Shown piece by piece: positions 23,990-37,900 of a DNA stretch of 64,000 nucleotides (positions are counted from its first letter, which is position 1; each line of letters opens with the position of its first letter). The position numbers and the translations under genes were made by a program. The stretch spans positions 1 to 64,000 of the forward strand of contig MU271318.1 in NCBI GenBank assembly GCA_021432655.1, given 5' to 3'. The notes beneath the pieces are model-generated. The model was not told the origin of the DNA. It was given only the letters and a program-made list of their open reading frames with translations, and did no database searches. The DNA comes from Atractiella rhizophila (taxonomy: Eukaryota).

Positions 23990-26230
23990 ACTGCGACGTC
24001 TGTGTAAGCAAACCTAGTATGGTGAAGAGAGGGCGGTCGTAAATAGGGAGATAGCTTCTACGAAGCTGCCGGTCTCCCCCTTTTCTCACCCTAATGGAGG
24101 ACCAGTGGAGGTTTCGGGAAGGACTGCAACTCCTGCCTAGTCATCGATAGCTCCGTAACCATCCGCTCTTCTGTCGGTAGCACGAGTAAGTCTTGCCTTT
24201 AACCGTAGCTCCTTGGTATAGCCTTCTCTAAGGGCGCGTTGGGTTAGTAGAGTCGTCATTGTCATCAAAGACGGAGGATCGGCAGAGTGCCATCCTAGCA
24301 CGTCTTAGCCATCTGCGCGTATAGAGAACCAGGTATGCCTCCGCTGCCTTTGTGTTAGAGCAGATAAGCCTGGGACCTCCGTGACAACTTCTGCCCTCCT
24401 TAGTTCCTGCGGCTCCATNNNNNNNNNNNNNNNNNNNNNNNNNGCGGACAGCGTTGGGCATCTCTGAGAAGAAATGAGCCATTTGGGTCAGTCCTACAAG
24501 CCCTAGTTGTTCCGGGCCACCGACGACCTGTATATAAAGAAGGAGATTAAGAGGTACATTCTTACGTAAAGGTTGCAGCTTGACAGGGTCCCAGGTAGGC
24601 AAATACCGCCGTTCGCGTTCCTGTTGAGACTACCACCTGTACGCATGGTAGCCTCGCATCCAAAGGCATTTTAGAGCTGGGAGGTGGACGAATAAAGGTT
24701 CCCGTTGATCAGCGCGGAATATAAAGTCTTTAAGCGGGGGGTTGAAGGAGAAGAACGAATTGTGGGTGAAGTCACCTTATCCTTGCTGAGACAGGCCAAA
24801 GCCGACATCGCCTGGGTTTTGGGGATAGGGACACTAAACAGGGGTGAGGGGAGGCGTACGAGGTCAGGTGGGCAGGGAAAGAAGCGGGTAGTAACGGAAG
24901 CTTTTGCATCCACATAGCAGTAAGGGCAGGGTTAAAAGACAGGTGGCACTTACGGGGTGGAGGTTGCAAGGGCAGGCAAACACGGAGTAGTTTTTAGCGA
25001 CTACGGACCTGGTCTAAAAGTTGCTGGCAGGAACGGAGGGCGTGAAAGAAGCTGAGGACAAGAGACTAGGGTCCGGAGTCCTGTTGTATACGTGAACCAT
25101 TCAGGACATATGGGCTCAAGTAGAAGAATATTAGAGCAGCGTCCCAGAAAGATCTACTAGCCGCTTGTAGACCAGATCCACACCAACGTACAGGGGTATA
25201 GGGGGCGGCATAGCAGCACAAGGAGTGCATAAGACAGGGGGTGTCCACGATGGAGTCAGACCAGAAGGCCTTCCGGGGGTATGGCACGCGCTTTAGTACC
25301 TGTGGGGTTAAGGAGGGGGTCTTAAGAAGATAGGGTCGGAGATTTCGGCGAGATCGGAGGAGCGCAGAGTAAGGGAAGGAAAGAGCTATCTTCTGGGGAA
25401 GCTTGGTAAGCTGTAGTCGGCTAAGTTTATGATGGGAGAAGAGGCGTAGGGTGTTAGAGGTAGGACGGCGCAGAAGTGTTATAGGGTCGTACATAGGAAG
25501 GGAAGGGGATCCAACTTCGAAGCTAAGAACTGCGAGGAAACCCTACCATCGTTGAGGGTTACAGGGTTTTCGTTGTTCCACTAGGTACCTGCCATTAAAA
25601 GGCATATTACGGAGCATACCCGAGGACCGTAGGCACTCACGGAATACACCATGGGGAGTTCATATCTATTTTGACTACAACGGTATCGCAGGGGGGTCTT
25701 TTGACTGTCCTTTTGGCGAGACATCATTATTGCGAGACCAGTACAAAGTCGTTACAGTTGGTGCCTACGAGGTAGTACGGGTATACCAACACAAATATCC
25801 GTTAGCAACAGAGTACGACTTAAGGAAGACAGGAACATTTCCAACGGTCTCAGTAAGGGTACATGAGACGACGGGATAGCCAAGCATAGAAGAATTAAAA
25901 TTGAGGTACAAAGGGCAAGTTTAGCCGACTAGGTAAGGAAATCGTGTGCTACCCACGCCTGTGGAAGCTTGCTTCGCCTTAGGTGGTATACCTTGCACAC
26001 GAGAGGAGGTCTTACGGGTACGGTATTGCAAGGGGTAAGGAGTAGGGTTGAGCTCGTCCAGGGGTATACAGTGAGTTTTAAGAAAGTGGGTCTTGCGAGA
26101 GGCTGTAGACGACGAAGCCGGACAAACAGAAGCATCAGCTGAATCTGTAGCGTGTGCAGTTCGTGAAACCTTAGGGAAGTAAACTAAAGCTAAGGCAATT
26201 GCAGTGTAAAGGTTCAAAGGGGAAAACGTT
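23990..26230 (-). pseudogene. Heavily mutated long reading frame of unknown identity (probably TE-derived), TpA-rich
   Basis: Minus-strand frames extend through repeated TAA/TAG stops, e.g. upstream of ORF 25066-25494. TpA is in visible excess. Confidence 0.45.
24419..24443. other. Assembly gap (25 N)
   Basis: Run of n characters. Confidence 1.
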
Positions 26231-27752
26231 GGGGAAGAGTTGGAACGAAGAATACAGCACGATGATGAAGGAGGAAGGATTCGTGAAATCACAGGCTGAT
26301 CACGGAATGTACGTTAGACAGGATCATAGGGGACTGGTAATAGTACTCTTACACGTGGATGATGGACTCGTTGCATCGACGTCGACGGATTTGCGAGACA
26401 GCTTGATGAAGAAAATGGTGGCGGTCTTCAAGAGAGTTACACATGGCGAAGTGGGAGAGTACCTTGGGATGCGGATTACCCAGGATCGCGAGAATCGGCG
26501 TATAACGATGGATCAGATCGACTACATCAAGAGATGTATTGCGAAATACGGTTTTCACGACTATTCTGTTGTCAGCACACCTTGCGATCCGAAGGACAAG
26601 TTGACAAACGATATGTCACCGAAGACTGAACGGGAGCAGGCGGAAATGGGAGGGATACCGTTCTCGGAGGCAGTTGGTGCCTTGATGTATCTGGCAGTCA
26701 ACACGCGGCCAGATATTCTATATGCCGTAAATCGAGTGAGTAGGTATATGGTAAACCCGGGGATGGGACATTGGAAGGCAGTAACGAGGATTTACCGATA
26801 TTTGAAAGGGACAACCGGAAGGGTTTTAAGATGGGATGGGAAGGGTACATCGAATGAACTGGTAGGATGGTGCGATGCGGATCATGCGGCGGACATCGAC
26901 AGCAGACGGTCGATATCTGGTTGCCATTTCAATCTGGCGGGCGGGATGGTCTCTTGTTTTTCGACTGCTCAGAAATCGGTAGCAATCTCGTCTACAGAAG
27001 CTGAATACATGGCACTCTCTTTGGCTGCGAGGGAGGCGGTATGGTTGAGAGAGATCCTGAGGACACTTGGATTTGAACAGAGATTCCCAACGATAATACG
27101 GGGTGACAATCAGAGCGCAATAATCCTCGCGAAACATCCGGCAAACCACAATCGAACGAAGCACAACGGCGTGCATTATCACTACACGAGAGAAAGGGTT
27201 CAGGGCAAGGAAATTGTGATGAAGTGGTCCCTACTTCGGAGATGTCAGCGGACGTGTTCACAAAAGGGTTGGGTGCTGAGCCACATTACCGTTTCTGCTC
27301 GTCGTTAGGACTGCTGTGAGGGGACGGGGATACGAGCGGGCGTTCTATTGAAGATGTAAGACCCGTGGAAACGGTCTGTCCAATTCTATTATCGGGTAAC
27401 CATTAGAACGCTGATGTGCACGGGGGGACCATCGAGACAAACACGGGGATTGAGTGGACTGAAACGGGATAGGGCATGGAGAGGCGGAAAGAGGAGGGGC
27501 ATAAAGGTGGAGGAGCGGTGTGCGGCGATCGAGGAGGGGTGTTGGAAGTATCCAGTGTGGTACGATCACCGCACACGGGTGTACGTACGAACGGTCAATG
27601 ACCTGCTCTCCCTAGGTGCTTACCACCAGGGATGAGCAGGTAGGAGTCTCGGATAATAGTCATGCTAGGTGCTTACCACCAGGGATGAGCAGGTAGGAGT
27701 CTCGGATAATAGTCATGCTAGGTGCTTACCACCAGGGATGAGCAGAACCACA
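26231..27752 (+). mobile_element. 5'-truncated Ty1/Copia copy (RT end, RNase H, PPT, 3' LTR)
   Basis: LLHVDD, RPDI, WCDAD, STEAEY, DNQSA. Nearly identical to the reverse complement of 48240-49762. Confidence 0.95.
27540..27752 (+). repeat. Copia 3' LTR (213 bp)
   Basis: TGTTGG...AACCACA, preceded by polypurine tract GAGGAGGGG. Contains internal 53-bp tandem units. Confidence 0.92.
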
Positions 27753-29260
27753 ATCTTTCATGTCACTTTATCCGGCTAGGCTTACCATCCGCTCCTCACA
27801 CTGGCAAAGCACCATTCGAACCGCAATCCGTGCACCGCGAATGGAGCCATTCCCCTCCTCTCCTTCCGAGTCCACAACCCACGCCTCTTCATCACCTCAC
27901 ATCCCGACCCCTTGCAAACCACTCTCGCCTGCACAAGTACAACCACTTTCGCCTCCTCACCAAGCACCACCCCTCACAACACTTTATCTCCACCTCTGCC
28001 CTCTCCGCCTCTGCTGTCGCCTTCACGTAGCACACCTAATGTACCACGCAGGCTCCTAGCCCGCGTTCGAAATGGACCCACTCGGCTTGCACAAGAGTGA
28101 GAGAGCATGAACTCTCCCCACTTCCCGCTCCTTCCTCCTTTCGCTTCATCCCCATTGAATGGCTGGAGCAGTCCTGCGACAGGCTGGTTCGGAGGACGCG
28201 TCAGAGGGAGGACGGAGACGGAGATGGGTTGATCGAAGTGGTTCGCAGCCTAGAGGGAGAGGAGCTGGAGGAGCTGATGATTTGTTTTACGGCGTATGGC
28301 TTTTTGAGGAGGAGAAGGAAGAGCACAGTAGGGGTAGGGAGCACTGGAGAGGCGTCAAAAACGCACCCACTACCGACCGCATGTCTGCTCTTCCTCCTGC
28401 AGGGCATCACGTAACCATGCAACAGGTTCTCTGGCAGGGATTTGGCGTGGCACTGGCGACCTCCATCCTCTCAACTGTCCTCTACATTGCAAATCCTGTC
28501 CCTCCGCTCTGCTCCCCCGCTCGTTCCGCTTCGCCTGCGCCATTCAGCTCCTATTTTCCTCGCTGGCTCACCGGCACCACTTGGGATAGGCACTTCCCCA
28601 TTCTCTAATATCTTCGTTAGGGGTGATGACGGGAAGGATTACGGAATGGGAGAGAAGGAGGAGAATGGATGGAAAGCTGGAGGAGAGATGGAGATGGAGA
28701 ACTGATGTCTTGGAAATAGAAGGAAGATGGGCATCACGCTGGAAAGAACTCGCGATGTGGTGTAACAAGGGAGAGAGCGGGTGCTGCTTCAGGGCTCTTA
28801 GAGACCTGATATGACGAAACTAGGACTGAGTGGATCGCTGGTTCCCTGGCATGGGGATATGGAACCGGTCGAGTTTCACGAATCGACTTCGTCGTGCGTC
28901 TTCCATGCGATGCGAGGGAGCACGACTAGGGATGCTGACATTGTTGAAGCTCTGGTGCCTCATCCAAAGGGGACGATCGCCACCTTCTTAGCTGCCCATC
29001 AAATATTCAGATCTGTGGCGAGGTGAGGGTATCGAACGACGAAACCACAGTTGTGCGCCTTCCTTTCCTAAGACAGTGGGGAGAATTGATATTGGCGATT
29101 GAATTCGGGCATTGGCCAAATTGGCCATCCGAAGGCAATTCGAAAGATGCACGCCGTTTCCTTCGTGCTCCCCTTCAAGCTTCGAGCGCATGCCGTATGT
29201 CAACGCACAATACGTTCCCATGTGCCAGCCTCACCAGAACGAAGGACTTGCCTGCCACAC
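27753..29260 (+). pseudogene. 3' part of a degenerate gene of unknown family (5' part at 54182 onward; paralog at 59400-61100)
   Basis: SALPPAGHHV...WLTGTTWDRHFP...GWKAGGEMEME and PKGTIATFL align by eye with SALSPAGHRV...RLAGTVCEKGLP...SWRAGAGVEME and QRGTTLTFL on the minus strand at 59.5-60.4 kb. Confidence 0.65.
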
Positions 29261-29289
29261 TAAGTAAGTACCTGGTAATTGCCGCTCAC

Positions 29290-31400
29290 TATCGAACCCT
29301 TGTATACATATTTGAATATATACTTGACTGAACGAATTGAGATACAGATCTCAGTGTTGATATGAGCTAGAAACTTCCTCAGGACCCAAGCATTAAAAGG
29401 CACTACCCATCGATTATCATATATAAACTCTTGGCCACGTATCATCTTGCGAAAAACCCGACCATCGTTACGCCGCCGATAGGTAGGGTAGCCACTATCA
29501 TTGATTCTCGTTTCCTCAACAAAAGGCTTGGGATACCCTTTGCCACACTTCCCATTGACCATGCAAGGTGCATCTGGATTATGTTCACCACATGGGCCAT
29601 GTAGCATATGCTTGGTGACTATTTCAAATAATACAGGATCCTTGTCCAGATCAGGCAGCTCTGCTTGAATTACTTGATCAATAGTTGCCTGGTCCCTGAT
29701 AAGATCTTCAGGATGAAGAATCAACAGGATGTGCGCATGTGGTAGACCCCTCTTCTGAAATTTAATGACCCAGACATATCCGATAACCCTTCCAAAGATC
29801 TGTCGTACCACTAAATCCTTGATGTACTCCAGAGCCTTCAGTCAAAAAAGCCTTGAAACCAAATCTGGCCGATCCTCTGGTTTTTGTCTGGTAGGAGGGT
29901 CCTTTGGCACCAACTATACCCATTGCATCCTGGAACAGCTGATTCATTGACCGTGGACCGCCAGTGAAACTTGATGGTAATATAGTCCGCCTCCCGATAT
30001 CTTCTAAAGAATAGCCTTCTGTAAGGGCATCTGTAAGACCTTGATACACCTCAGCTTGAAGAATAGACTGATTGAACTGCAGATAGCGGAGTCGATTGCC
30101 TCAATTTGAGCATAAGCATCGACTACCAATTCTTGCAGTAGCCGACCACCGTAGAGAGGGAGTGAGAATATATCATTTCGTTGATGCAACATGTAAGAAT
30201 AGAACTCCATTTGGCTGACACGTTGTCGAACCCCGGAATTATCAACTTGCATGCCGTCATCATTCAAGTGCTCTCGCTCGCAAGGAGGAAGATCGGCAGG
30301 CAGGTCTCGATACGGAATCTGTGGATGCCATCCTTGGTCCCCATATGGAAATAGAAGAGGAAAACGAAGTGGAAGGTAATTTGAGTTGAGCTCATTGACA
30401 CGCTGTAAGTTGCTACCGGTTGTGGTTGCCCTGAGCTGGATGACAATATCTCTGGCCACTCCATATTCTTCTCTGTTACCATCTCCTACCATCACTACAG
30501 CAACTTCACCGGCTACAGGAATGTTGTAGCATCTTGGGTCCCTATCTCGTGGAGCGACTGTGCGAAGATGTAATGTGGTAGTGGGATCCTGTTCCATTCT
30601 TTCTTTCACAAATTTGTAGATCCTGGGATATGGGTTGACACGGAAGAGCAGAGCCTGAAGGTCCTCAAGCATACTACAATTCAGTGAGACTGAAGTGTTG
30701 CCAACTCTTCGTTCAGTCTGTACAGCTGAATCTGTAATGTAGACCTGTGCAAATGTTTCACACCCTTCTTGTTGTGGTAAAAGAGTACCAATAAGGTGGC
30801 ATAGCTCTCCCTGAATTTCGAAGGAGTAGGGACCATGTCCAGGAATTGATACCTGGCGGACGCCTAAGGATGTAAAGGCAAAAGCATTATTGAATCCCCT
30901 GATATGCTCTCGAAATGTCTTTGATTCTATAATGATTGTTCCTCTCAGATATGTAATATGCAAAAAATTGAATAGAAATACTTACCTGTTGTATTGTGAT
31001 ATGTAAAAAGCTTTCGTAGCTCTTCAGGTGGAGGCGGGGGAACAGGTAGCAGCACCTTGCCATGGAGACAGCACAATGCAACCTTTGGATTTCATTGTGG
31101 GCTGTTAACGATCTTCTCTTCCATCCAATGAAAGGCTTTGCAATGTGTACAAAGTAATCCCCAAGTAGAGAGGTGGTGTGCCTTAAGATCCATATCAGAT
31201 GAGTAGTTGAATGCAGGATAGTGACGTTGCCTCATTTCGTCTCGCAACAATGGGACTAATGCCCTATCCTCATCACTGTCCGCACCGTCAGGATCAGGAG
31301 AGGATGGGTGTGATTGGGCTTCTTCTTCACTGTACTCCTCAGGGGAGGGTGAACGCTGTCTCTGATGTCGTCGAGCTGGTCGTGACGATATAGACAATGA
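29290..31400 (-). mobile_element. Helitron Rep (HUH endonuclease) remnant; helicase absent
   Basis: CTHCKAFHW, FNNAFAFTSLG, FAQVYITD, FPLLFPYGDQGWH, VVDAYAQIE, ILPSSFTGGPR, IKFQKRGLPHAH, MLHGPCG, YPTYRRR, KYIFKYVYKG. Truncated after KG. The segment normally carrying the FxTFTCNP motif appears deleted. Confidence 0.93.
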
Positions 31401-34400
31401 AGAGCTTCGACAGCGCCGCTGACGTGGAGCCTTAGTTGATCTTGTCTCATGTTGAGGTGGAGTAGGTGGAGTAGGATTGAAACGTGCAGGGTGTCGCCTC
31501 TCTCTTATAGGCCGACCTTGGTGTAGTGGTGCCTCCTGCTGCAGACATTGAGGTCGTTTGGATCGGCGCTCTCAATTTCTTATTTGATTTCTCTGAATTG
31601 CACGTGGCATGAGAGTGTAGCTTGCTGCACATAATAAAATGATATAAGTGAAGAATATATAAGCCAGAGTCCACACACCTATGCTCTTTTGGTTGATTTG
31701 ATTTGATGGTAAAGGGCTCAGGGATACTATGGTAGACTGTTAGGAAGTATATTTGTGGTGAAAGACACTGCATGAATGCTTGCTCACTTTCCCTCATAGT
31801 TGGCAAACAACAGTTTTTGGCGCACAACATGAGAAATCTCAGAAAGCGCTGAAGAAATTGCGTGCACGCAGTTTGCACGCAACGGGTTTTGGCGGTGACA
31901 AAATGTTATATGACTGAACCCAGACCAGCACAAAGTACTCTAGACTTGACTTTCAACCATACACCAACTCCACCACAGGACAAACCTGGATACTTCATGA
32001 CCTTACTTTGTGTATGTAACGCAAATTTGCTCAAAGTGCCAAGAAGTCACCTGACTCAGTGACTGAAACACTTTGTTTCGTCTTTCAAATGGGCTTTGCT
32101 ATATACGCTTCAAAGGGCGCCGACACGCGTATTCTGATGGTATGCTCAGATTACTGGCAGGGTTGTTGTGGGTGGTGAGAGAAGGGCTCAAAAGTACATG
32201 CGTGAGTCATGCTAACAACCCGTTGTTCTTTATATATAAGGACAATTTGGTTCTCAGAAATAGGCGTTCATCCAGCGGATGCATTAAGAATGACAGTTTT
32301 CATCCACACTTGTTCATGAGAATGGCTGTTCAAATTGGGGGGTAGTTTCATAGTTTCATCCATCCCCACAGAAATGACCTTATCTATTAGAAATGACCGA
32401 TTATTTGATCCAACGAATTTTTCGAATGGCCTAAATCACAGTTGTCAATGTTCGTGCATCTCGTATGCGACATGAGAGAAGTTGGGTTTAAACTTTCCGC
32501 TTCCAAGCAGCCTTCTTACTCAGCCTCATGCATTCCACGGTGAGACGTCTCACGTCATGACAACATTTGTTACAAGGACTTCTTGCATGCTCTCCTCCGG
32601 CACGCCGACACCGTAACGGTCATTATAGATGCCAACTTTATCCCTTGTCACACTTTTTCACCCCTCTGCTATCATCAGACAAAGGGTCCTTTACTACCTG
32701 TGACAAATCCTCTCCCCTGAATCCCTACAAAAATTTTCTGATTTTTAGGGAATATTTGTATGTTTCTCTTCCCTTTGACCAGGTCAACAAGAGTGCAGGC
32801 TGTCCTGTACAACGTTCTCAAGAAAACTGTACAAATCAAGTCCCAGGGCGAAGAAACCAAAAGTGGATACGCATAATGGGCGCTCGCTTTCGCCTACAGC
32901 AGCTTCCCACGACACAACTGCGTCTTCCAAATATGATGTCAAGAATCACGTTAGCGGAAAGGCAGTTGCATGTAGTCTGCAAGTTGACAAAGTAGGGTTT
33001 AGGTCGAAATCGAAGCCCGAATGCACTTTGGGATCAGTGCCAGCAATTTGCTCGATCGCCCAAGGAATAGAGCATTTCCCTCTAGATGACGTTGTCCGTC
33101 TAACCGCCGATATTCTGCGAGGTGAATTTTTGACTGGTCCGCCAAAGTGCCTCCTCTCGCCTCAACCCCCTCTCCCCACTGGTAGTTATTTGTCGGTCTT
33201 GAAATTCTCAAATTTTTTTGCATGCCCATATTAAAGACCATACTTAAGTATTTGTCATCTACTCGCTAAGAGATTATGAAACGACACATTCGCATGACCT
33301 CCTCTCGGATGGCGTTCTGCATCATTTCATCGATGTCTCCAGCAGGAAGTGCTTAAATGCCTTTCTCGATGGATGTGGTGTTGGATTTTGCAGTCTAGTA
33401 TCATGCCACTCAGTGGCAAAGTTCTTTAGTTTTCTGGAATGTTCTACTACTTTCCAGTTGCCACTGCTGTAAGCTATATAAACACATAGAATTCCATTTC
33501 CTGGTGCTCATGCAAACGCATGAGCTCAGCCAAACGTAACCAAGTCGTACTTAGCTTCGCTCCTCAGCCCGTTGATTTCCAACATGTTGTGAAAGGTCGC
33601 AAAACAAGGAGAAATGTTTGCATTTCCTTTTCTCGGCTATGGACACAGATGGCCCGGTTCTTAGAAGGATCCGAAAAGGTCAAGCAGTGAAAGGGCAGAG
33701 GAAGAATCTCAAAGCTTTGGTAAGCCAACATTTGAGGATGTGCCAGCATTCACCCTGAGACTTCACCCTGAGACTTCCACACTTAAAAGCAGATGATGTG
33801 TTGAGTTTGAGGGCAAGGGGAGATTGAGGGGATTTGAGAAGGAACTAGCTTGGGAGACAGTGACAAGACGAGTGACCTAAACCCCACAGAATTGCATCAA
33901 TAGACGTCAGTTGGTCTGTAGATACTACCTACCAAAGGAACAGCAGTATGAGGCAATGGGAAGGGAGGGGAAAGCGATAGAAGAGGAGACCCAGTTGATA
34001 TGACAAAGTGAGGCAACCCACTGATATCAAACAGATATTTCTCCCACAATAACTCCTCCCATGCTTAGCTTTATAGCGCTTCTCAGACCTAAGACCAACC
34101 CCTATCAACCCTGGTACCACTTCCCCTAACTCTCGATTGGGACCGCTCCAGCTCCAGTTGAACGAAAAAGTCGTGAAATTCCCCGAAAGGTCCGCACGCA
34201 CATTTCGCTCCAACACAAGCCCCCTCGTTCGTGATGCCAAGTTTACAAAACACAGCCAAATCAGAGCTGCCATTTCTGTGCTTGTTGACCACGAACCTCT
34301 GCTTGTGAGACTGTCAACGACCTGTGTCCTGAGTGGAGAATTGAACGCGCCTTGAAGAAATCATTGTTAGGAAAAGTCATTTCGAATATTGTGCGATTGA

Positions 34401-34952
34401 GGCCATTTTATAAAGTCGGAGAGCGCGGAAAGTGAGTTTCAATTATCTCTTGAAGGTCAGTACTTTCTTTGATGTTGTGCAGGAAATGCTGCGTGTAGAA
34501 GTAAGAGAGACGGGGTTGTGTGGTTGATTTTGGACTACTTCAGGAGAGGATTGAGATGTACATCTACATGTTCCATCCACCATCTCAATCCTCATCCACA
34601 TGTTCTTCCATCCACTGCAATGGTGGACGTACGTGGCAGAGCATGGGTAAGGGATAGACGCATAGCCGTGCTCTCCGTGAAGCTGCATCTGTGGGATCGG
34701 CAAAAATAGCTTGTGACGTGCTCGCGAACGCGATTTCCAATTGACCATCATAAGTCTTTGTCTCCTTGCTCTTGACGAAGCTACCACGCCGACCCGTGAT
34801 TCATTTAGATTGCATCTTATAACCCATAGAAGCGCTGATGAAATTGGTCTTAGAAACCCATTTGACTTGTAGAAACCATTCTTCTTCCTTCAGCCACCTG
34901 CCGCCTTGTGCTTCAACAACCGCATCGCAATCCAATTTCTCACTTTACCTAC

Positions 34953-37900
34953 ATGTCTAAAACTCCGGTCAAGGTTTTTAAAGTCCCCGAAAATATCAAG
35001 AAGGCGAATCCGTTGGGATTGCGGGTCCTTTGCATCGACAATGGCGGCATCCGCTACTTTTCCGCTCCATACATGCTTGAACAGATAACCCTTCAAACCA
35101 GTCACCTTCTCAAAGTGCCAGATAATGAAGATCTCCGTCCCTGCGATATTTTTGATCTAATCTGTGGGACTTCCACTGGTGGATGGATCGCGCTTATGCT
35201 TGGCAGGCTGGGAATGACCGTTCGACAATGCATTGCAGCGTACGAAGAGATTATGGAGAACGTGTTTTTGAATAACGTCCCAAGCCCCAGTGACGGTAAC
35301 GCTTAGCAAAAAAACTCGAGGAAACTTTGACCGCTATCTTCCAGCGACATACGGATTCTTCCCAAGACTCTGCGAAGTCTCTTCCGATGAAAGATGCTTA
35401 TTTGCAGGACAGATGTAGAACGTTCGTGGTTTCTACCTACGAGTCCAACGTCGTTATTTCCACAGAGATGCGTACATACGATATTCTTGGTGCTGGATCC
35501 TCGCCGTTTATACCTGCCTCCGCTTATACGGTCTGGGAAGCTGCAAGGGCGACTGCCGCTGCACCTCTCTTCTTCCCTCCCATCAACATGGATTCCACCG
35601 GGTACGTTTCGTTATTTCGCGACAATCCTACGGCAATAGCTGTCGAAGAGACCAAGCGAATTTGGGGGCAGAGTAGTGAGATTGCTTGCCTTGTGTCTCT
35701 CGGCTCTGGAGTTGCACCTGCTGTCAAGTTAGATAATGTCGAGCGAGCTTTGAAGGCGATAGCTGCGGACTGCTCGAGGGTTGCGAACGACATGAAGATG
35801 AAGATGCAGCGACGTCAGATGGGCCACTGCTACCATCGTTTCTCGGTTGATTCGTTCGGAGATTTCAGGTGGGAAGAATGGGAACGAAAGAATGAAGCTG
35901 TGGGATGCACGAAGGCTTACATGGATGCGCTGTGTTATGAAGTGCTCCCTGCTGCTCAATCGCTAGTGAAAGGTAAGTTCCTCCTGGTTGTAATTGCATG
36001 CGCATGCTCACTTTCTACTTGTCAGCTTGCATCGATCGTATTGCAGTGTACAAGAAGATTCCACTACCTCCTCTTGGTGGTTGTTACGGAGGAGGAGAGG
36101 AAGTTCAGAAAGCGATCAACTTCATTGTCAGCGATCACAGACACCTTGCCATCATCGGCGGCGCTGGTAACGGCAAATCTACGGTCGCACTAGAAGTCCT
36201 GCATGCAGACAAGATCAGGAGAGAGTTCACGACTGTGAGAGATGGAAAGGAAGAAGACTTTCGTTTTTGGGGCCGATGTGACCCTTTCTCCGACTTCTCC
36301 TCGCTCTCCGCCTACCTCTGCAATGACGTTTTTGGATTGGCTCGCCAACCTGGAGAAAACGACCTTGCCGCGGTAGCGAGATATTTCCAAGAGCACAAAT
36401 GCATCCTCTTCTTGGATAATTTCGAGACCCCCGCACGGTCGGACAAGAATACGCTGCAACCATTCTTCCAATCCCTTCTTTCCAGAAACTGCTCCTCTGG
36501 TTCCATACTCGTCGTAGTACACCGCGGCCATCAGGTGGAACGGGTGAACTCGACAGGAGTAAGATTTCAAGAGCTAGTAATTGGCGGCTTGAGTGACGGT
36601 GCCGTACTGGACATGTTCAACGATATGTACACTGCTGGGAGGAGAGATTGCTCGAGTCGGGAACAGGTAGTGAAAACCATCGTCAACATCCTGGACCATC
36701 ATGCTTTGTCTATCAAGCTCTTCATTCTTCGCGCCAACGCGGAATCAACCAAGCCGCTTGCATTTTTGGTTGAGGAGTGGGCGGCAAAGAAGACCACCCT
36801 CTTATGGAACGAAGATAGCGAGGAGACACTCACTCTCGCCACTTCGATATCTTTTTCGCTCGATTCACCTCTTCTCAGAAAAAATGAAAACCTCAGCACT
36901 TTTATCCTTGCCTTATTATCGTGGACTCCTGACGGTCTCCTGGCAGACGACATTATCGCTATCGGGGATAACAGCTGTCCTCATCAATCGAAACAGTCTT
37001 CCGTGCTCGTTACCTCCATCTTAACCGTCGGGCTTGCTGAAGATACCATGGATGTCCTGACAAACTCGAAACGTTTGTGCATGCTGGCACCAATTCGCGA
37101 ACATATCAATCGCTTGGCCCTAGGTCCCATTCTGCCTTTCAAAGACACTGCTTTATCACTTCAGCCGTTGACTAAAGTTCTCATAGAGAAGGCTTGTACA
37201 AATGTGCGACGATTCGAAGATGCAGCTGAGCGGATCGGACTGCTATTGTTTCGCAACGATTATCCAAACCTTGAATATGTCCTTCTAGCTGCCTTTAACA
37301 CCTGGATGATCCGACAACAGCATACATCTTCCTAGCAGAAACCTGGAGTTTTCTGCATCTTCAAGGCCTTCCCTCCATGGCACTGTTTCAATCCGTTTTA
37401 TTCTACACAAGATCCATCTCTGTTACATCAATGACAGCTGCATTGACGCTGGGTCTTGGATATGCATTTCGACGGAAGGGAACCTACAAGAGGCGCTGAT
37501 ACGGTTCGAGGAGGCGAAGGAGCTGTATATGGTTGTGGAAGAACAGCGGGGCCTTGCCTACTGCATTTGCGGCATGGGGATGATCGAGCAGGGTCGTGGG
37601 CGGAACAAGAAAGCGTTGAAAAGGTTCGAAGAGGCGAAGGAGCTGTATGTGCTGGTGGAAGATCAGGGCGGCCTTGCTGACTGCATTCGCGGCATGGGGA
37701 TGACCGAGCGGGATCGCGGGCGGAACGAGGAAGCATTGAAACGGTTTGAGGAGGCGAAGGAGCTGTACATGATTGTGAAAAATCAGCGGGGCCTTGCCCA
37801 CTGCATTTCCAGCATTGGGGAGATCGAGCAGGGTTGTGCGCAGAATGAGGAAGCGTTGGGATGGTTCGAAGAGGCGAAGGAGCTGTATGTGGTTGTGGAA

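Noticed and set aside
33751..33777. 13-bp tandem duplication CACCCTGAGACTT
   Set aside because: An isolated slippage-type duplication with no associated feature.
34830..34860. CTGATGA...GAAA hammerhead-like core (also CTGATGAG at ~12793)
   Set aside because: The required flanking stems cannot form.
35296..35306. 11-nt GT...AG micro-intron that would remove the NLR stop
   Set aside because: It is too short for a spliceosomal intron, and a single missing A explains the frameshift.
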